A DNA stretch of 64,000 nucleotides from contig SLQV01000005.1 in assembly GCA_007131285.1 (NCBI GenBank), positions 568 to 64,567 on the forward strand, given 5' to 3'. The notes below the pieces were generated by a model, which searched no databases, had not been told where the DNA came from, and saw only the letters and a program-made list of their open reading frames with translations. The stretch comes from Myxococcales bacterium (GTDB lineage Bacteria > Myxococcota_A > Polyangia > Polyangiales > SLQV01). Shown here in pieces: positions 54,709-64,000 of the stretch (within the stretch, counting starts at the first letter, position 1; each line of letters starts with the position of its first letter). The translations under genes and the position numbers were made by a program.

Positions 54709-55842
54709 TCACGGCCGCCGAACAAGGACGGCGACGCCTTGGCCGCCGCCGACGCACAAGGCGGCGACGCCGAGGTCGCCGCCTTGTGCCCGGGCGAGCC
54801 TGCGCTCTAAGGTCAGCATGAGGCGCAGGCCCGAGGCGCCGAGGGGATGGCCGAGGGCCAGCGCGCCGCCCCAGGCGTTCACACGTTCGGCGGGGAGCTT
54901 GAGGTCGCTGCAATTGGCGAGCACCTGGGAGGCGAAGGCCTCGTTGAGCTCCCAGGCTGCGATGGCATCTACCGGCAAGTTCGAGCGGCTTAGCAGGGCG
55001 GTGATGGCGGCTATCGGGCCGAGGCCCATGACGTCCGGCGGAACCGAAGCCCGTGCGGCATCGAGTATTTCCAGGGTGCCGGTTGTCTTGCCGAGGGCGG
55101 CTGCGGTCTCCGCATCGACGACCATGCCTAACGCCGCGCCGTCGCTGAGCGGTGAGCTGGTTGCGGCGGTCACCGAGCCGTCGGGCCGAAAGGCGGGCGG
55201 CAGCGCTGCGAGCTTCGCCGTGTCGAGGGTGACCCGGAGGCTCTCGTCTCGGGCGCCGCTGCCAGCTAGCGACCAGACGTGATCCGCGTAGTGACCGGCG
55301 TCGTAGGCGGCGGCTGCCTTGCGATGACTGTCGCAGGCCAGCGCTTCCTGGGCGGCGCGGCTGAGGCGGTAGCGCTCGGCGATGCGCTCGGCGGTTTCGC
55401 CCATGGCGATGTAGGCGTGCGGCGCCACCGCTTCGATGCGCGCCGAGGCGGAAAATCCCGCACCGCGCCGGGGGACGCGGCTCATCGATTCGACCCCGCC
55501 CACCCAGATGCGCTTGTTGAAGCCGGCACGGACGCAGGCTGCCGCCAGTACCACGGCCTCAAGCGAGGAAGCGCAGAGGCGACTGACCACGGCGGCGGGC
55601 GCGTCGAGGGCGGCGCCGAGGGCGACGGAGCGCGCGACGTTGAAGCCTTGCTCGCCCTCGGGATAGGCGCAGCCGACGAGCAGATCCTCCGGCGGCACGC
55701 CGAAGCGCTCGGGCAAACGTGCTTGGCACAACGCGATGAGCTCCACCAGCATGTCGTCGGGCCGCACGGTGGCAAACGCGCCTTTGAAGGCCCGCGTGAA
55801 GGGCGTACGTGCGCCGGATACAAAAAAGGCGGCTGAACTCAT
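54709..55842 (-). CDS. acetyl-CoA C-acetyltransferase (thiolase)
   Basis: FFVSGARTPFTRAFKGAF, active-site VSRLCASSLEAV, C-terminal NAWGGALALGHPLGASG and ALCVGGGQGVAVLV. The start MSSAAF at 55842 overlaps the upstream stop (ATGA); the ORF opens at 55926. Confidence 0.9.
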   Translation of the reverse strand: MSSAAFFVSGARTPFTRAFKGAFATVRPDDMLVELIALCQARLPERFGVPPEDLLVGCAYPEGEQGFNVARSVALGAALDAPAAVVSRLCASSLEAVVLAAACVRAGFNKRIWVGGVESMSRVPRRGAGFSASARIEAVAPHAYIAMGETAERIAERYRLSRAAQEALACDSHRKAAAAYDAGHYADHVWSLAGSGARDESLRVTLDTAKLAALPPAFRPDGSVTAATSSPLSDGAALGMVVDAETAAALGKTTGTLEILDAARASVPPDVMGLGPIAAITALLSRSNLPVDAIAAWELNEAFASQVLANCSDLKLPAERVNAWGGALALGHPLGASGLRLMLTLERRLARAQGGDLGVAALCVGGGQGVAVLVRRP

Positions 55843-56618
55843 AGGTCGCTCGCTCCAGACGCGGCGCCGGATGCCGACGGCAGCGCCTGCCCACCGCGAA
55901 AGAGCGCGGGGTCGCCTAGATCGCACAACGTGACGCCGGGTGCCAGAGACAGGGCCTCGAAGTGGGTGCCGTTCGGGCTAAACCAACCGAGTTCGGTGAT
56001 GATGCGCTGCACGACCCGAACGCCCGTTAGAGGCAGTGTGCAGCGCGCTAGGAGCTTGGGGGCACCGCTGCGATCCGCGTGACGCATCATGACCCAGACG
56101 GCCTGGGCACCGGTGACAAGATCCATCGCACCACCCATGCCCGTGAGCTTGCGCCCCGGGACGGACCAGTTCGCCAAGCTTCCTTCTACGTCGACTTGCA
56201 TGCCACCGAGAATCGCCAAGTTCACGTGACCACCACGAATCATGGCGAAGCTCAGGGCGCTATCGAAGTAGGCCGCACCCAGACGCACATCGACGCTTTC
56301 CTTGCCGGCGTTGATGCGCGTCGGTGACAGGGTGGCCTGGGTAGGCCGGCCTTCCACACCGAGCAGGCCGTTCTCGGAATGGATCATGATGCAGGCGGCG
56401 GGGTCGAGGTATTCGGCCACCTGCGTCGGCAGACCGATGCCGAGGTTGACGACCGAACGCGGCGGAATCGCGCGGGCCACCTCTGCCGCAAGCGCTGCGT
56501 CGCTCCAGCCACGCCTCATCGCCTGCGTGTCGCTGCTTGGGGGGTGGGTCATGGCGCGTGCCTCGCCCACGTGCCCGGAAAGAGAGGCGCTTGCCTTTTC
56601 GGCAGCTGCGGTTGACAT
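55839..56618 (-). CDS. 3-oxoacid CoA-transferase subunit B (ScoB/AtoA family)
   Basis: VNLGIGLPTQVAEYL, IHSENGLLGVEG, LGGMQVDVEGSLANW, GMGGAMDLV. The start may be the Met at 56552. Confidence 0.85.
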   Translation of the reverse strand: MSTAAAEKASASLSGHVGEARAMTHPPSSDTQAMRRGWSDAALAAEVARAIPPRSVVNLGIGLPTQVAEYLDPAACIMIHSENGLLGVEGRPTQATLSPTRINAGKESVDVRLGAAYFDSALSFAMIRGGHVNLAILGGMQVDVEGSLANWSVPGRKLTGMGGAMDLVTGAQAVWVMMRHADRSGAPKLLARCTLPLTGVRVVQRIITELGWFSPNGTHFEALSLAPGVTLCDLGDPALFRGGQALPSASGAASGASDL

Positions 56619-56685
56619 TCGCGCACGTTCAACGACCTTACGTGACGCGTTGCGCGGCCCGTGGTGTCCGGTGCGTGTCTACGAT

Positions 56686-57456
56686 TCATGGCGACCTCAG
56701 GATGGGGTACTCGATGGCGTTCTCGTAGTGGCTTCCCTGGTAGATGCGCTGAACGAAGATGCCTGGGCAGTGAATGTCCTCGGCGGGCAGTGTGCCGAGG
56801 GGCACCAGTTCCTCGACTTCCGCCACGGTTACCGTCGCGGCCGTCGCCATCAGCGGCGAGAAGTTGCGCGCGCTTTCCTTGAACCAAAGGTTGCCGTAGG
56901 CGTCGCCGCGCTGCGCCTTGATCAGGGCAAAGTCGGCACGAAGCCCGGTTTCAAGCAAACACGGCCGGTCAAAGTCGCGCACCTCTTTGCCTTCGGCCAC
57001 CACCGTGCCCACGCCCGTCGGCGTGAAAAAGGCGCGAATGCCCGCACCGCCCGCTCGAATGCGCTCGGCGAAGGTGCCTTGAGGCACGAGTTCTAAGGTG
57101 AGCTCGCCGGCAAAGAACTGCGCCTCCAAATCCGGATTGCCGCCGACGTAGGAGCAGATGGCGTGGCGGACTTGGCCGGACTTGAGCAACTGCGCGAGGC
57201 CCTTGCCGCGGTTGCCGATGTTGTTGGAGATGAGGGTCAGGTCGCGCACGCCGCGGCGCAACAGCTCGGCGATGGAGCATTCGGGAATGCCGCACAGGCC
57301 GAAGCCGCCGCTCATCACGACGGCGCCTGAGTGCAGGTCGGTTAGGGCAGCGGCTGCGTCGGCGAACACCTTGAGAAACGGCCCGCTGCCGGAGGGTCCA
57401 CCGCACTCCGGGTCAACGGCTTCGGGTGCGTGAGCTGGTGCGCGCTCGGCGGTCAT
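56686..57456 (-). CDS. 3-oxoacid CoA-transferase subunit A (ScoA/AtoD family)
   Basis: LHSGAVVMSGGFGLCGIPE, LTLISNNIGN, ELVPQGTFAERIRAGGAGI. The start MTAER at 57456 overlaps the aminotransferase stop (ATGA); the ORF opens at 57501. Confidence 0.85.
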   Translation of the reverse strand: MTAERAPAHAPEAVDPECGGPSGSGPFLKVFADAAAALTDLHSGAVVMSGGFGLCGIPECSIAELLRRGVRDLTLISNNIGNRGKGLAQLLKSGQVRHAICSYVGGNPDLEAQFFAGELTLELVPQGTFAERIRAGGAGIRAFFTPTGVGTVVAEGKEVRDFDRPCLLETGLRADFALIKAQRGDAYGNLWFKESARNFSPLMATAATVTVAEVEELVPLGTLPAEDIHCPGIFVQRIYQGSHYENAIEYPILRSP

Positions 57457-58718
57457 GGGGTGCCTGCCTCTGCGGTAACTGCCTCTAGGGTGCCTGGCCA
57501 AGGCGCCTCCGCAGAAGCCATCTGCGCATCAAGCAAGATGCTTAAGAGGCTCACGCCTCGCGCAAGCTCCGCCTGTGTGGTGGTGAAGGCGGGCGCCAAA
57601 ATGAGCATGTCGGGCTTGACCACAAGGTGGATGCCCGCCTCGATGAAGTGCTCCCAGGGAGGTGCGGGCACGCGCAGGTCAAGGGCGGCGAGTAAGCCCG
57701 CGTGCCGCACCCCCGCAACGGCCGGATGCGTCGCAAGCCCCCCCACCAAGGTGGAGAAGCAGGCCTCTAGGGCGCGTTTTTCCGACTGAAACGCGGGCTG
57801 GGCCAGCACGTCCAGCACCACCTCCGCCGCCGCGAGCCCCAGGGGGTGCGCGTAGTGGGTCAAGCCGGCGGACAGCACCTCGGCATCATAGTGGCGGGCG
57901 TGCCGTTCGCTCACCCAGAGCGCACCGAGCGGGGCGTAGCCGCCGGTAAGCGCCTTCGCCATGCACACGAAGTCTGGCTCGACGATGGCCGCCGCGAGCG
58001 CCGCGTCCTGAAACGCGAAACATGGCCCAGTGCGCCCGAAGCCGCAGAGCACTTCGTCGAGGATAAGCAAGGCGCCTGTGGCGTCACACAGCGAGCGCGC
58101 CCGGCGCCACCAACCAACCGGTGCACCGTGGACGCCGTTGGCCCCGCTCACCGTTTCGATGCACAAGGCGGCGATTCGGTCCGGGCCGTGTGCCGCCACG
58201 CAGGCGGCGAGGCCATCGCCTTCCGGGTCGCTGGCGGGGTCGGGAAAGAAGCCGCCGAAGCCTTCGGGCAGCACCTGGCCGTTGCGACGCCAGTCGCCGG
58301 TGACGCCGAGCGCCCCAAGCGTGGCGCCGTGATAAGACTTGCACCGCGACAGGACGCGCGCCCGCCCCGTCAGACTACGCGCCAGCTTAAGCGCATTCTC
58401 GACGGATTCGGCGCCCCCTAGGGTGAAAAGGATACGCCCCGGGTGGCCAACCGCGTCCACGAGACCCCGAGCCGCTGCGCTGCGCTGCGGCGTGCTCGCC
58501 TTGGCGATACTGGTGCACACCCCACCAAGCTGCTGGCGCAGCGCCTCCAAGATAGGCGCAAAGCTGTGACCGAAGTTGGTGTGGAAGCTCGTCGACACCA
58601 GGTCGAGCACGGCGTGTCCGCCCTGCAAAAACAGCGTCTGCCCCTCGGCACGCTCAAGCGCCAGCTCGACTGCGCCCTCCTGCGCGGACCAAGTCACGAA
58701 GTAAGGCCGAGCCGCCAT
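57453..58718 (-). CDS. class III (omega-type) PLP-dependent aminotransferase
   Basis: FTLGGAESVENALKLAR, SYHGATLGAL, LILDEVLCGFGRTG, PLP-lysine context FVCMAKALTGGYAPLGA. Confidence 0.85.
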   Translation of the reverse strand: MAARPYFVTWSAQEGAVELALERAEGQTLFLQGGHAVLDLVSTSFHTNFGHSFAPILEALRQQLGGVCTSIAKASTPQRSAAARGLVDAVGHPGRILFTLGGAESVENALKLARSLTGRARVLSRCKSYHGATLGALGVTGDWRRNGQVLPEGFGGFFPDPASDPEGDGLAACVAAHGPDRIAALCIETVSGANGVHGAPVGWWRRARSLCDATGALLILDEVLCGFGRTGPCFAFQDAALAAAIVEPDFVCMAKALTGGYAPLGALWVSERHARHYDAEVLSAGLTHYAHPLGLAAAEVVLDVLAQPAFQSEKRALEACFSTLVGGLATHPAVAGVRHAGLLAALDLRVPAPPWEHFIEAGIHLVVKPDMLILAPAFTTTQAELARGVSLLSILLDAQMASAEAPWPGTLEAVTAEAGTP

Positions 58719-58994
58719 CCCTTTAGGCTAACCCGAGCGAACGCCTTCTGTCTTGCGCGTGATGGTGCGCAGACCCGAGCGCGTGCCCTGCACCTTCGGG
58801 ATGGGTGCGTGCCCGCTGTAAGCCTATTCGGCCAAGAGACTGCGCCGGCCGTGCGGCCTCGCCCGTACGCCTCACGAACCTTAAGTTCGCTGCGGCGTTT
58901 GGCTGGGGCGCGCTCGCCTCCGACCCTCAACTGCGCGACCGCTTCAGCACACGCTTGCCTTGCGAAACGCCACCGGCACCGCCATCTTCGGTGG

Positions 58995-59207
58995 GTGAGC
59001 GATGCAAGGATCTTACGCTGCCCGGGCTGCGGCAAACACGTCACGGTGACCGGCGCGCCCGTGGGCACGCCGTTTTGCTCCGAGCGCTGCCGCCTTGTCG
59101 ACCTTGGCCAGTGGCTCTCCGGCGCTTACCGCGTGCCGAGCGAAGCGCCGCTAGACGATCTCGACGCCTTGGCTGAACTCGCCGCCCAGACCGACGACGC
59201 GGACTAG
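58995..59207 (+). CDS. yacG: DNA gyrase inhibitor YacG (zinc-ribbon)
   Basis: LRCPGCGKHVTVTGAPVGTPFCSERCRLVDLGQWLSGAYRVP matches the YacG pattern (CPxC...PFCSxRCxxxDLGxW). The in-frame GTG at 58995 is the candidate start. The rest of the 254-aa track ORF is antisense to the aminotransferase. Confidence 0.7.
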   Translation: MSDARILRCPGCGKHVTVTGAPVGTPFCSERCRLVDLGQWLSGAYRVPSEAPLDDLDALAELAAQTDDAD

Positions 59208-59208
59208 T

Positions 59209-60270
59209 TCAGCGAGCGAGCATGCCGCGCAGGCGCGTCATGTCGTCGCGGCTGAGATCAAGACGTAAGCGGAGCTGAGCGCCCTGGGCTTCAAGCGCGA
59301 GGCTGTTCAGGACACCGCCAAAGCCGAAGGCGCGCAACGCAACCTGGAGCGCGATACCGCGGGTCTGCGCTTGTAGCCGGGCTGCCAAATCCCTGGCGGC
59401 TGCCTCGTCGGCGCATTCGAGCACCACGGCAAACCGGAGGGGGGCTGCGGGGGCGGCACCGTTTGAGCCGGAAACCGAGAGGGCTATGGCCTGAGCACCT
59501 TCGAGGCTCTTGCCCAGATTGAGCTTGATGCCGCGGAGCACCTGAGCCGTGCGGGCAACGTCACTTGGCTCAAGCCGTAACGCCACTTTCAGCGGCGCGG
59601 CCTCGGCGAGCTGCGTCCAAACGCGACCGCGCGCATCGGCAGGAAGCGCGTAGGCCGGCTCGTCGCGCAGCTCCGCCAAGCGCTGGAGTTCATCAAGTGC
59701 CGCGCGCACGCGCTCGGGACGGGAAAGGACGCGGAGCTCCCGCTTGACGTCTGCGCCAGCGAACGCCTCGTTGTGCCACACCGCCACCCCGTGACGTGCC
59801 TCTTCTTGGGCGGGGCCTTGGCCGGCCGCAGCGATAAGCGCTTCAAGCTCACCGTGCTGCCACTTGCCAAGCAAGAGAGCGAGCGGGGGGCTCGCGGCCG
59901 GGTCGCGCAGTCCCACGACCCACGCCTGTGAGGCCTGCGTAGCAAGGGCTTCGACCACGCCCGGCGGCAGCGCCGCCTGCCCCTGCGCCTCGACGAGACT
60001 GAGCACTTCGGGAAGCATCCAGCGCAGGTCTGCGCTCCCCCCTTCACCGCGCAGCTCAGCGGCGCGAATCTCCGCCAAGTAGTCCCACTCCCGGTCCAGC
60101 AGCACCCGCGTGTCCTGCGGCGGCCGAAGCGCTGGCGGCGCCGCCGGCGACACGCTAGCAACCCCCACCTTCGGGCTTTTCCCCTGCGCACCACCACACC
60201 CAACACCTAAGAGCCCACTCGCCGCCACCACGAGCCCCAAGCCCCGCAACCATTTCGAAGACACCACCAT
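59209..60270 (-). CDS. hypothetical lipoprotein
   Basis: Internal Met at 60270 gives a textbook signal plus lipobox MVVSSKWLRGLGLVVAASGLLGVGCGG. The longer track ORF (to 60585) has an implausible N-terminus. No family recognised. Confidence 0.55.
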   Translation of the reverse strand: MVVSSKWLRGLGLVVAASGLLGVGCGGAQGKSPKVGVASVSPAAPPALRPPQDTRVLLDREWDYLAEIRAAELRGEGGSADLRWMLPEVLSLVEAQGQAALPPGVVEALATQASQAWVVGLRDPAASPPLALLLGKWQHGELEALIAAAGQGPAQEEARHGVAVWHNEAFAGADVKRELRVLSRPERVRAALDELQRLAELRDEPAYALPADARGRVWTQLAEAAPLKVALRLEPSDVARTAQVLRGIKLNLGKSLEGAQAIALSVSGSNGAAPAAPLRFAVVLECADEAAARDLAARLQAQTRGIALQVALRAFGFGGVLNSLALEAQGAQLRLRLDLSRDDMTRLRGMLAR

Positions 60271-60615
60271 CCCACGGGTGTAGTCCAGACTCCCCCCACG
60301 CGCCGCTCGCCTCACGCCAATCAAGCAGGCGCGGCTGGCGGTAGCGAGGAGGCGACCGCTGCGCACTAATCGCTTCGAGTGCTGGCGCCTTCCGGCTTGG
60401 CTGCCGACGAACATTTCCAAATGAGCGTTAGGCAAACTTTTTCTCGAGTGCGTCAGCGAAAACGCTATCGACCAGCGGAATGCCCATGCAAGACGGCGCG
60501 CATCAACGCCGTCGTGCCAGCCAGTCTTTCTCGACCCGCCGCCCGCTAACACCCCTGAGCTGACACATGTCGAGGAGGCTTTCATAACATCTTTACTCTG
60601 CTAACGGACAAAAGT

Positions 60616-60654
60616 GTCACCTATGTCCCTAGGCTAAAACGTCACCTATGTCCC
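60616..60654. repeat. two copies of a 14-bp direct repeat gtcacctatgtccc, 25 bp apart start to start
   Basis: 60616..60629 and 60641..60654 are identical, each preceded by aaa(g/c). They lie 60-100 bp upstream of the amidohydrolase start. Confidence 0.85.
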
Positions 60655-60713
60655 GGGCCATTCAGGGCACTCGCCCGCGGGTTTGCGGCGCTCGTGGCGG
60701 CGTGTAGCATGGC

Positions 60714-62396
60714 GTGTTGATGCGGCTTTACAGGCGTTCAGGGCGGGTGGCGGTTTCTGAGAGGCGGTGGCCTAGGCCTGTTGTGGCGCGGGCGGCTCTA
60801 GGGCTTGGGGCGGTCGTGTTCGGTGTGGCGTGCGGGGGCGGCCAGTCGCGGGTGGCGGTGGACGGCGCCAGAGCGTGCGACTCGCGGCCGGGGTCTGCTG
60901 CGCACTTGGGTCGCGATGGGGGGGGAGTACGTGTGTCAGAAGGTTCATCGACACGCTGGATACGTAATGTCGCAGAGGCTTACACGCTGCGCGGCGCGGG
61001 ACTCGGCTTGGCGCGGACTGTCGATATCGTCATCGAAGACGGGTTGATTGCGGCAATCTTGCCCGCGGATGCCAACCGTGTTGCGCCCGCGGGCGTTGAG
61101 GTTGTCGATGCTTCGGGGCTGTTGGCGCTTCCGGGCTTGGTGGACGGCCACAATCATCTCTGGCAGGTTCTCATTCGAGGCTGTGGCGCCGACCTGCACT
61201 TGCCCGAATGGCTAGCGCACTGCGTCTTCCCTTGGCGCGCGGTGCCGCCCACGTTTCAGGAAAGCTACGCGTTGACGCGCTTTGCTGCCGCCGAGCTGAT
61301 AGCGAGCGGCGTGACCACGGTCGTCGACTGGAACCACAGCTTTGGCGCGCCCATGGTTGAGGGCGCGCTGGCGGCTTTGCGCGACAGCGGCCTGCGCTTC
61401 CGTCTAGCGGTCTTTCCCGCACTCGCGGCGCAACCTTCGGCCACGCGGCCGGGGGGCCTTGCTGCCAGCGAGCGGTCACCCGCACGAAGGGCGCCAGCAC
61501 TCGACCCTGCTTGGGTCACCTTGGTCGAGAAGCTCGCGGCGAGTTTCTCGCAACTGGGCGCGCCCGAGCGGCGACGCGGCGGGTTGCACCTGGCGACGCA
61601 TCCGCCCCTGCCGGAGGGCTGGGATGCAGGTCACCTGCGCGCCACCGCCGCGCTGGCACAACGCTTGGCGCTGCCGCTGAATCTGCACTTTCATGAGCAT
61701 CCGAGCGAAGTGCGTGCGGACAATCTCGCCGAGCTTGAGGCCTCCGGTGCGCCGGCCCGCCCGCTGCTGCTCAACCACGCGGTGCACCTTTCGCCCGCCG
61801 ACCTGCAGACGCTGGCCCGCTGGCGCTCCGGTGGGGGCCATACGGGACAAAGCGACGCGACGACCGGCGTCATCTACAACCCGCAGAGCAACGCACGACT
61901 CGGCTCCGGGGTGATGCCGCTCGCCGCGCTGCAAGCGGCAGGGGTGCCCGTGGGGCTTGGCCTCGACGGTGCCGCCGGAGACCGCTTCGATGCCTTCGCA
62001 AACCTACGCATGGCCCTGGGGCTACAGCGCGCCGGCGCGGCGCATATGCTCGAAGTGGAAGCGGGGCTACGCCTTGCGACGCTCGGAGGCGCCCGGGCCC
62101 TGGGGCTCTCGGCGCACATTGGCACGCTTGAGGCCGGCAAGGCCGCGGACCTTTTGCTCGTCGACCCGCAGAGTACCCATTTCGCGTTCACGCGTGGCAC
62201 CGCCGAACTGGTGCTGACCGCGGGGCCGGAAAGCGTGACCTGGGTCTTCGTCGAGGGCCGTCCCCTCAAAGCACCGCCGGAGGCGGGCCTAGCGCTTGAA
62301 TCCCTCGTGCACCTACGCAAGCGAGCCGCCACCGCGGCGCGCGCCCTCCACGCACGCAAGAGCACCTTACAGGCCAAGGACGATGCCGACCCGTAG
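60714..62396 (+). CDS. metal-dependent amidohydrolase (TRZ/ATZ / aminohydrolase superfamily), probable lipoprotein
   Basis: LPGLVDGHNHLWQ (HxH), LHFHEHPSE, GLGLDGAAGD. N-terminal signal with lipobox FGVACGG. The start is GTG 60714 or ATG 60720. Confidence 0.75.
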   Translation: MLMRLYRRSGRVAVSERRWPRPVVARAALGLGAVVFGVACGGGQSRVAVDGARACDSRPGSAAHLGRDGGGVRVSEGSSTRWIRNVAEAYTLRGAGLGLARTVDIVIEDGLIAAILPADANRVAPAGVEVVDASGLLALPGLVDGHNHLWQVLIRGCGADLHLPEWLAHCVFPWRAVPPTFQESYALTRFAAAELIASGVTTVVDWNHSFGAPMVEGALAALRDSGLRFRLAVFPALAAQPSATRPGGLAASERSPARRAPALDPAWVTLVEKLAASFSQLGAPERRRGGLHLATHPPLPEGWDAGHLRATAALAQRLALPLNLHFHEHPSEVRADNLAELEASGAPARPLLLNHAVHLSPADLQTLARWRSGGGHTGQSDATTGVIYNPQSNARLGSGVMPLAALQAAGVPVGLGLDGAAGDRFDAFANLRMALGLQRAGAAHMLEVEAGLRLATLGGARALGLSAHIGTLEAGKAADLLLVDPQSTHFAFTRGTAELVLTAGPESVTWVFVEGRPLKAPPEAGLALESLVHLRKRAATAARALHARKSTLQAKDDADP

Positions 62397-62427
62397 GATC
62401 CCTTCCAACTCGCGTACGCGTGTCGCG

Positions 62428-63843
62428 CTAACTTAGCTCGGATACTAAGGCGGAGGCGGCGGCGCGGCCGCTGCGAATCGCCTCAGGAATGCCGACACCG
62501 CGGTAGCTGTTACCTGCGAGGGCGAAGTGGGGCTGGTGGCGAGCCGCATCTTCAATGCGGGCGACGAGTGCTTGATGCCCTAGATGGTAACGCGGCATTG
62601 CACGCACGTAACGGTCGACGCGATGCAGTCGTGGCTCGCCGCGAATGCCGAGGATGAGGCGCAGCTCGGCAAGCAGGGATGACACCAGCTCGGCTTCGGG
62701 GCGGGCTGCCTGGCCTTCGCTGCCGCTGCCACCGACGAATGCCCGCAGGAGCACCATCCCGATGGGTGCACGGCCCGGCCACTTCACGCTTGAGAAGGTG
62801 GCGGCGCGCAAGCTAAGGCCTTCGCGCTTCGGAACCACGAAGCCGTAGGCATCCAGCGGATGGGCGATTTGTTCGCGCTCGAAGGCGAAGGTCACCACCG
62901 CCGATGAGCCAAAAGGAATGGCGCCGAGTTCGCAAGCGAGCTCGGGGGTGGCCTCGCGAAGCACACGGGCGGCTCGCGCGGCCGGCAGTGCGCAGACCAC
63001 TGCGTCTGCCCGCAAGGACCGCGCGCACTCAACGCCCTGCGCTCCCCGGGAGGTCACGTTGACCTGCCAACCGCGGCCATACCGGCCGATAGACTCCACC
63101 TTCTGGCCGAGCTGAATGCGCTCGGGACCTATGGCGTCCGCCAGTGCCGCAACGAGCTCGCCGCAGCCGCCTTGAAACGAGATAAAGAGGCCGTAACGCG
63201 CGCCAGCGGCCCGAGCACCGGCACCACGCTGCAAACGCCGTACGCCGCCGATAAGCGACTGGCCCCTCTCGGCGAGGGCCGCGTACTTCGGCAAGGCGGC
63301 GTGCATGCTTAACAGCCGCGGATCCGCGCCGTAAATGCCCCCAGCCAAGGGCTCGGCGAGGTAGTCCAATACCTCCTGGCCAAGGCGTCCCTGCACCAAG
63401 GTCTGAAGAGAAAGCTCGCCCGACGGTTGTAGTGGCGCCAGGAGCGGTTCGAGTAGCGCGCGAGCTTTGCCACGGGCACTTACGAGCGGCGTCCTGAGGA
63501 AGGCCTTAAGATTGCCGGGAGCGACGAGCGCAAAGCCATCAGGAACAGGGTGCAGGCGTTTCGAGCGCAAAATAAAAGCGCCGCTTACCGAGGCAGACGT
63601 GCGCATAATGTGTGGCTCAAGGCCGAGTTCCTGCGCGAGCTTTAGGGCATGGTCCGGCTGGGTAAGCATGGCATCCGGACCACGTTCAATGAGAAAGCCG
63701 TCCTCAGTATGCTCGGTGGCGATGGCGCCACCGACCCGGTTTCCCGCTTCGAGGACGACCACAGAGGCATCGGGTACCCGCCGCAAGACCTCGTAGCCGG
63801 CACAAAGGCCGCTGATGCCTCCTCCAAGGACGATGACCCGCAT
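62428..63843 (-). CDS. hemY: protoporphyrinogen/coproporphyrinogen III oxidase (HemY-type FAD oxidase)
   Basis: MRVIVLGGGISGLCAGYEV dinucleotide-binding fold, C-terminal LAGNSYRGVGIPEAIRSG. Sits next to hemE. Confidence 0.85.
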   Translation of the reverse strand: MRVIVLGGGISGLCAGYEVLRRVPDASVVVLEAGNRVGGAIATEHTEDGFLIERGPDAMLTQPDHALKLAQELGLEPHIMRTSASVSGAFILRSKRLHPVPDGFALVAPGNLKAFLRTPLVSARGKARALLEPLLAPLQPSGELSLQTLVQGRLGQEVLDYLAEPLAGGIYGADPRLLSMHAALPKYAALAERGQSLIGGVRRLQRGAGARAAGARYGLFISFQGGCGELVAALADAIGPERIQLGQKVESIGRYGRGWQVNVTSRGAQGVECARSLRADAVVCALPAARAARVLREATPELACELGAIPFGSSAVVTFAFEREQIAHPLDAYGFVVPKREGLSLRAATFSSVKWPGRAPIGMVLLRAFVGGSGSEGQAARPEAELVSSLLAELRLILGIRGEPRLHRVDRYVRAMPRYHLGHQALVARIEDAARHQPHFALAGNSYRGVGIPEAIRSGRAAASALVSELS

Positions 63844-63846
63844 GCG

Positions 63847-64000
63847 CTAGCTCACCTTGTCAATGATGGCGGCGCTAGCCTCGTGAACGTAACGCACGAG
63901 CGCCTGGACTTGAGGCACCTGAGCCTCGGGCATGATGCCGTGGCCGAGATTGAAAATATGACCTGGCTTGCCGTTGACATCGCGGAGAATGCGGCCGGCC
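63847..64000 (-). CDS. hemE: uroporphyrinogen decarboxylase (partial; only the C-terminus is in the window)
   Basis: Manual minus-strand translation ends ...[43 protein letters not shown] with TAG at 63849..63847. [10 protein letters not shown] is the HemE C-terminal signature. Confidence 0.8.
   Translation of the reverse strand, partial: AGRILRDVNGKPGHIFNLGHGIMPEAQVPQVQALVRYVHEASAAIIDKVS

Noticed and set aside
58443-58994. Long N-terminal part of the 254-aa plus-strand ORF
   Set aside because: It overlaps the aminotransferase in antisense and has no motifs. Only the last 70 codons (YacG zinc ribbon) look real.

Overview
This is a high-GC bacterial chromosomal window. Abundant G-C-G-G lipobox lipoproteins and the ECF sigma, CbpA and PKS content suggest Myxococcota or a related deltaproteobacterial-type lineage; that placement is inference only. 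No searches were run. All calls come from reading the supplied ORF translations, my own translations of unlisted frames, and recognised family motifs.

Most of the window is densely packed housekeeping genes, mainly on the minus strand:
- ECF sigma/anti-sigma pair and a UvrD-type helicase
- proS and purS-purC-purB
- apt, surE, ihfA-pheT-pheS-rplT-rpmI and rluB
- lepA, miaB and fumC
- a CoA-transferase/thiolase/aminotransferase operon
- yacG and hemY-hemE
- two tRNAs, Arg-CCT and Pro-GGG

The stand-out accessory segment spans about 18.4-31.2 kb and abuts the 3' end of tRNA-Arg(CCT). It holds a single 2885-aa iterative type I PKS with the enediyne-PksE domain order (KS-AT-ACP-ACP-KR-DH-PPTase). 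A double hotdog thioesterase-like region appears to be fused to its C-terminus, and no enediyne accessory cassette lies next to it. The PKS stop codon is overlapped by the start of a hybrid sensor (membrane domain, HisKA/HATPase, REC, PP2C phosphatase). Two small A/T-richer genes follow, which I read as a divergent STAS/SiaC-like phosphoprotein and a divergent RsbW/SiaB-like GHKL kinase. Together these look like a partner-switching module wired to a polyketide synthase.

Other notable items:
- a perfect 25-bp inverted repeat pair bracketing the whole miaB / gamma-CA-like operon
- an A/T-rich islet next to it
- a membrane-anchored protein with three tandem DsbA (CPFC) domains
- a histone-H1-like basic tail fused to a double-GNAT acetyltransferase
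- tandem paralogous DxDxDG-repeat lipoproteins
- a 5-unit, 16-bp minisatellite beside tRNA-Pro

No rRNA, CRISPR array, transposase or integrase was recognised.
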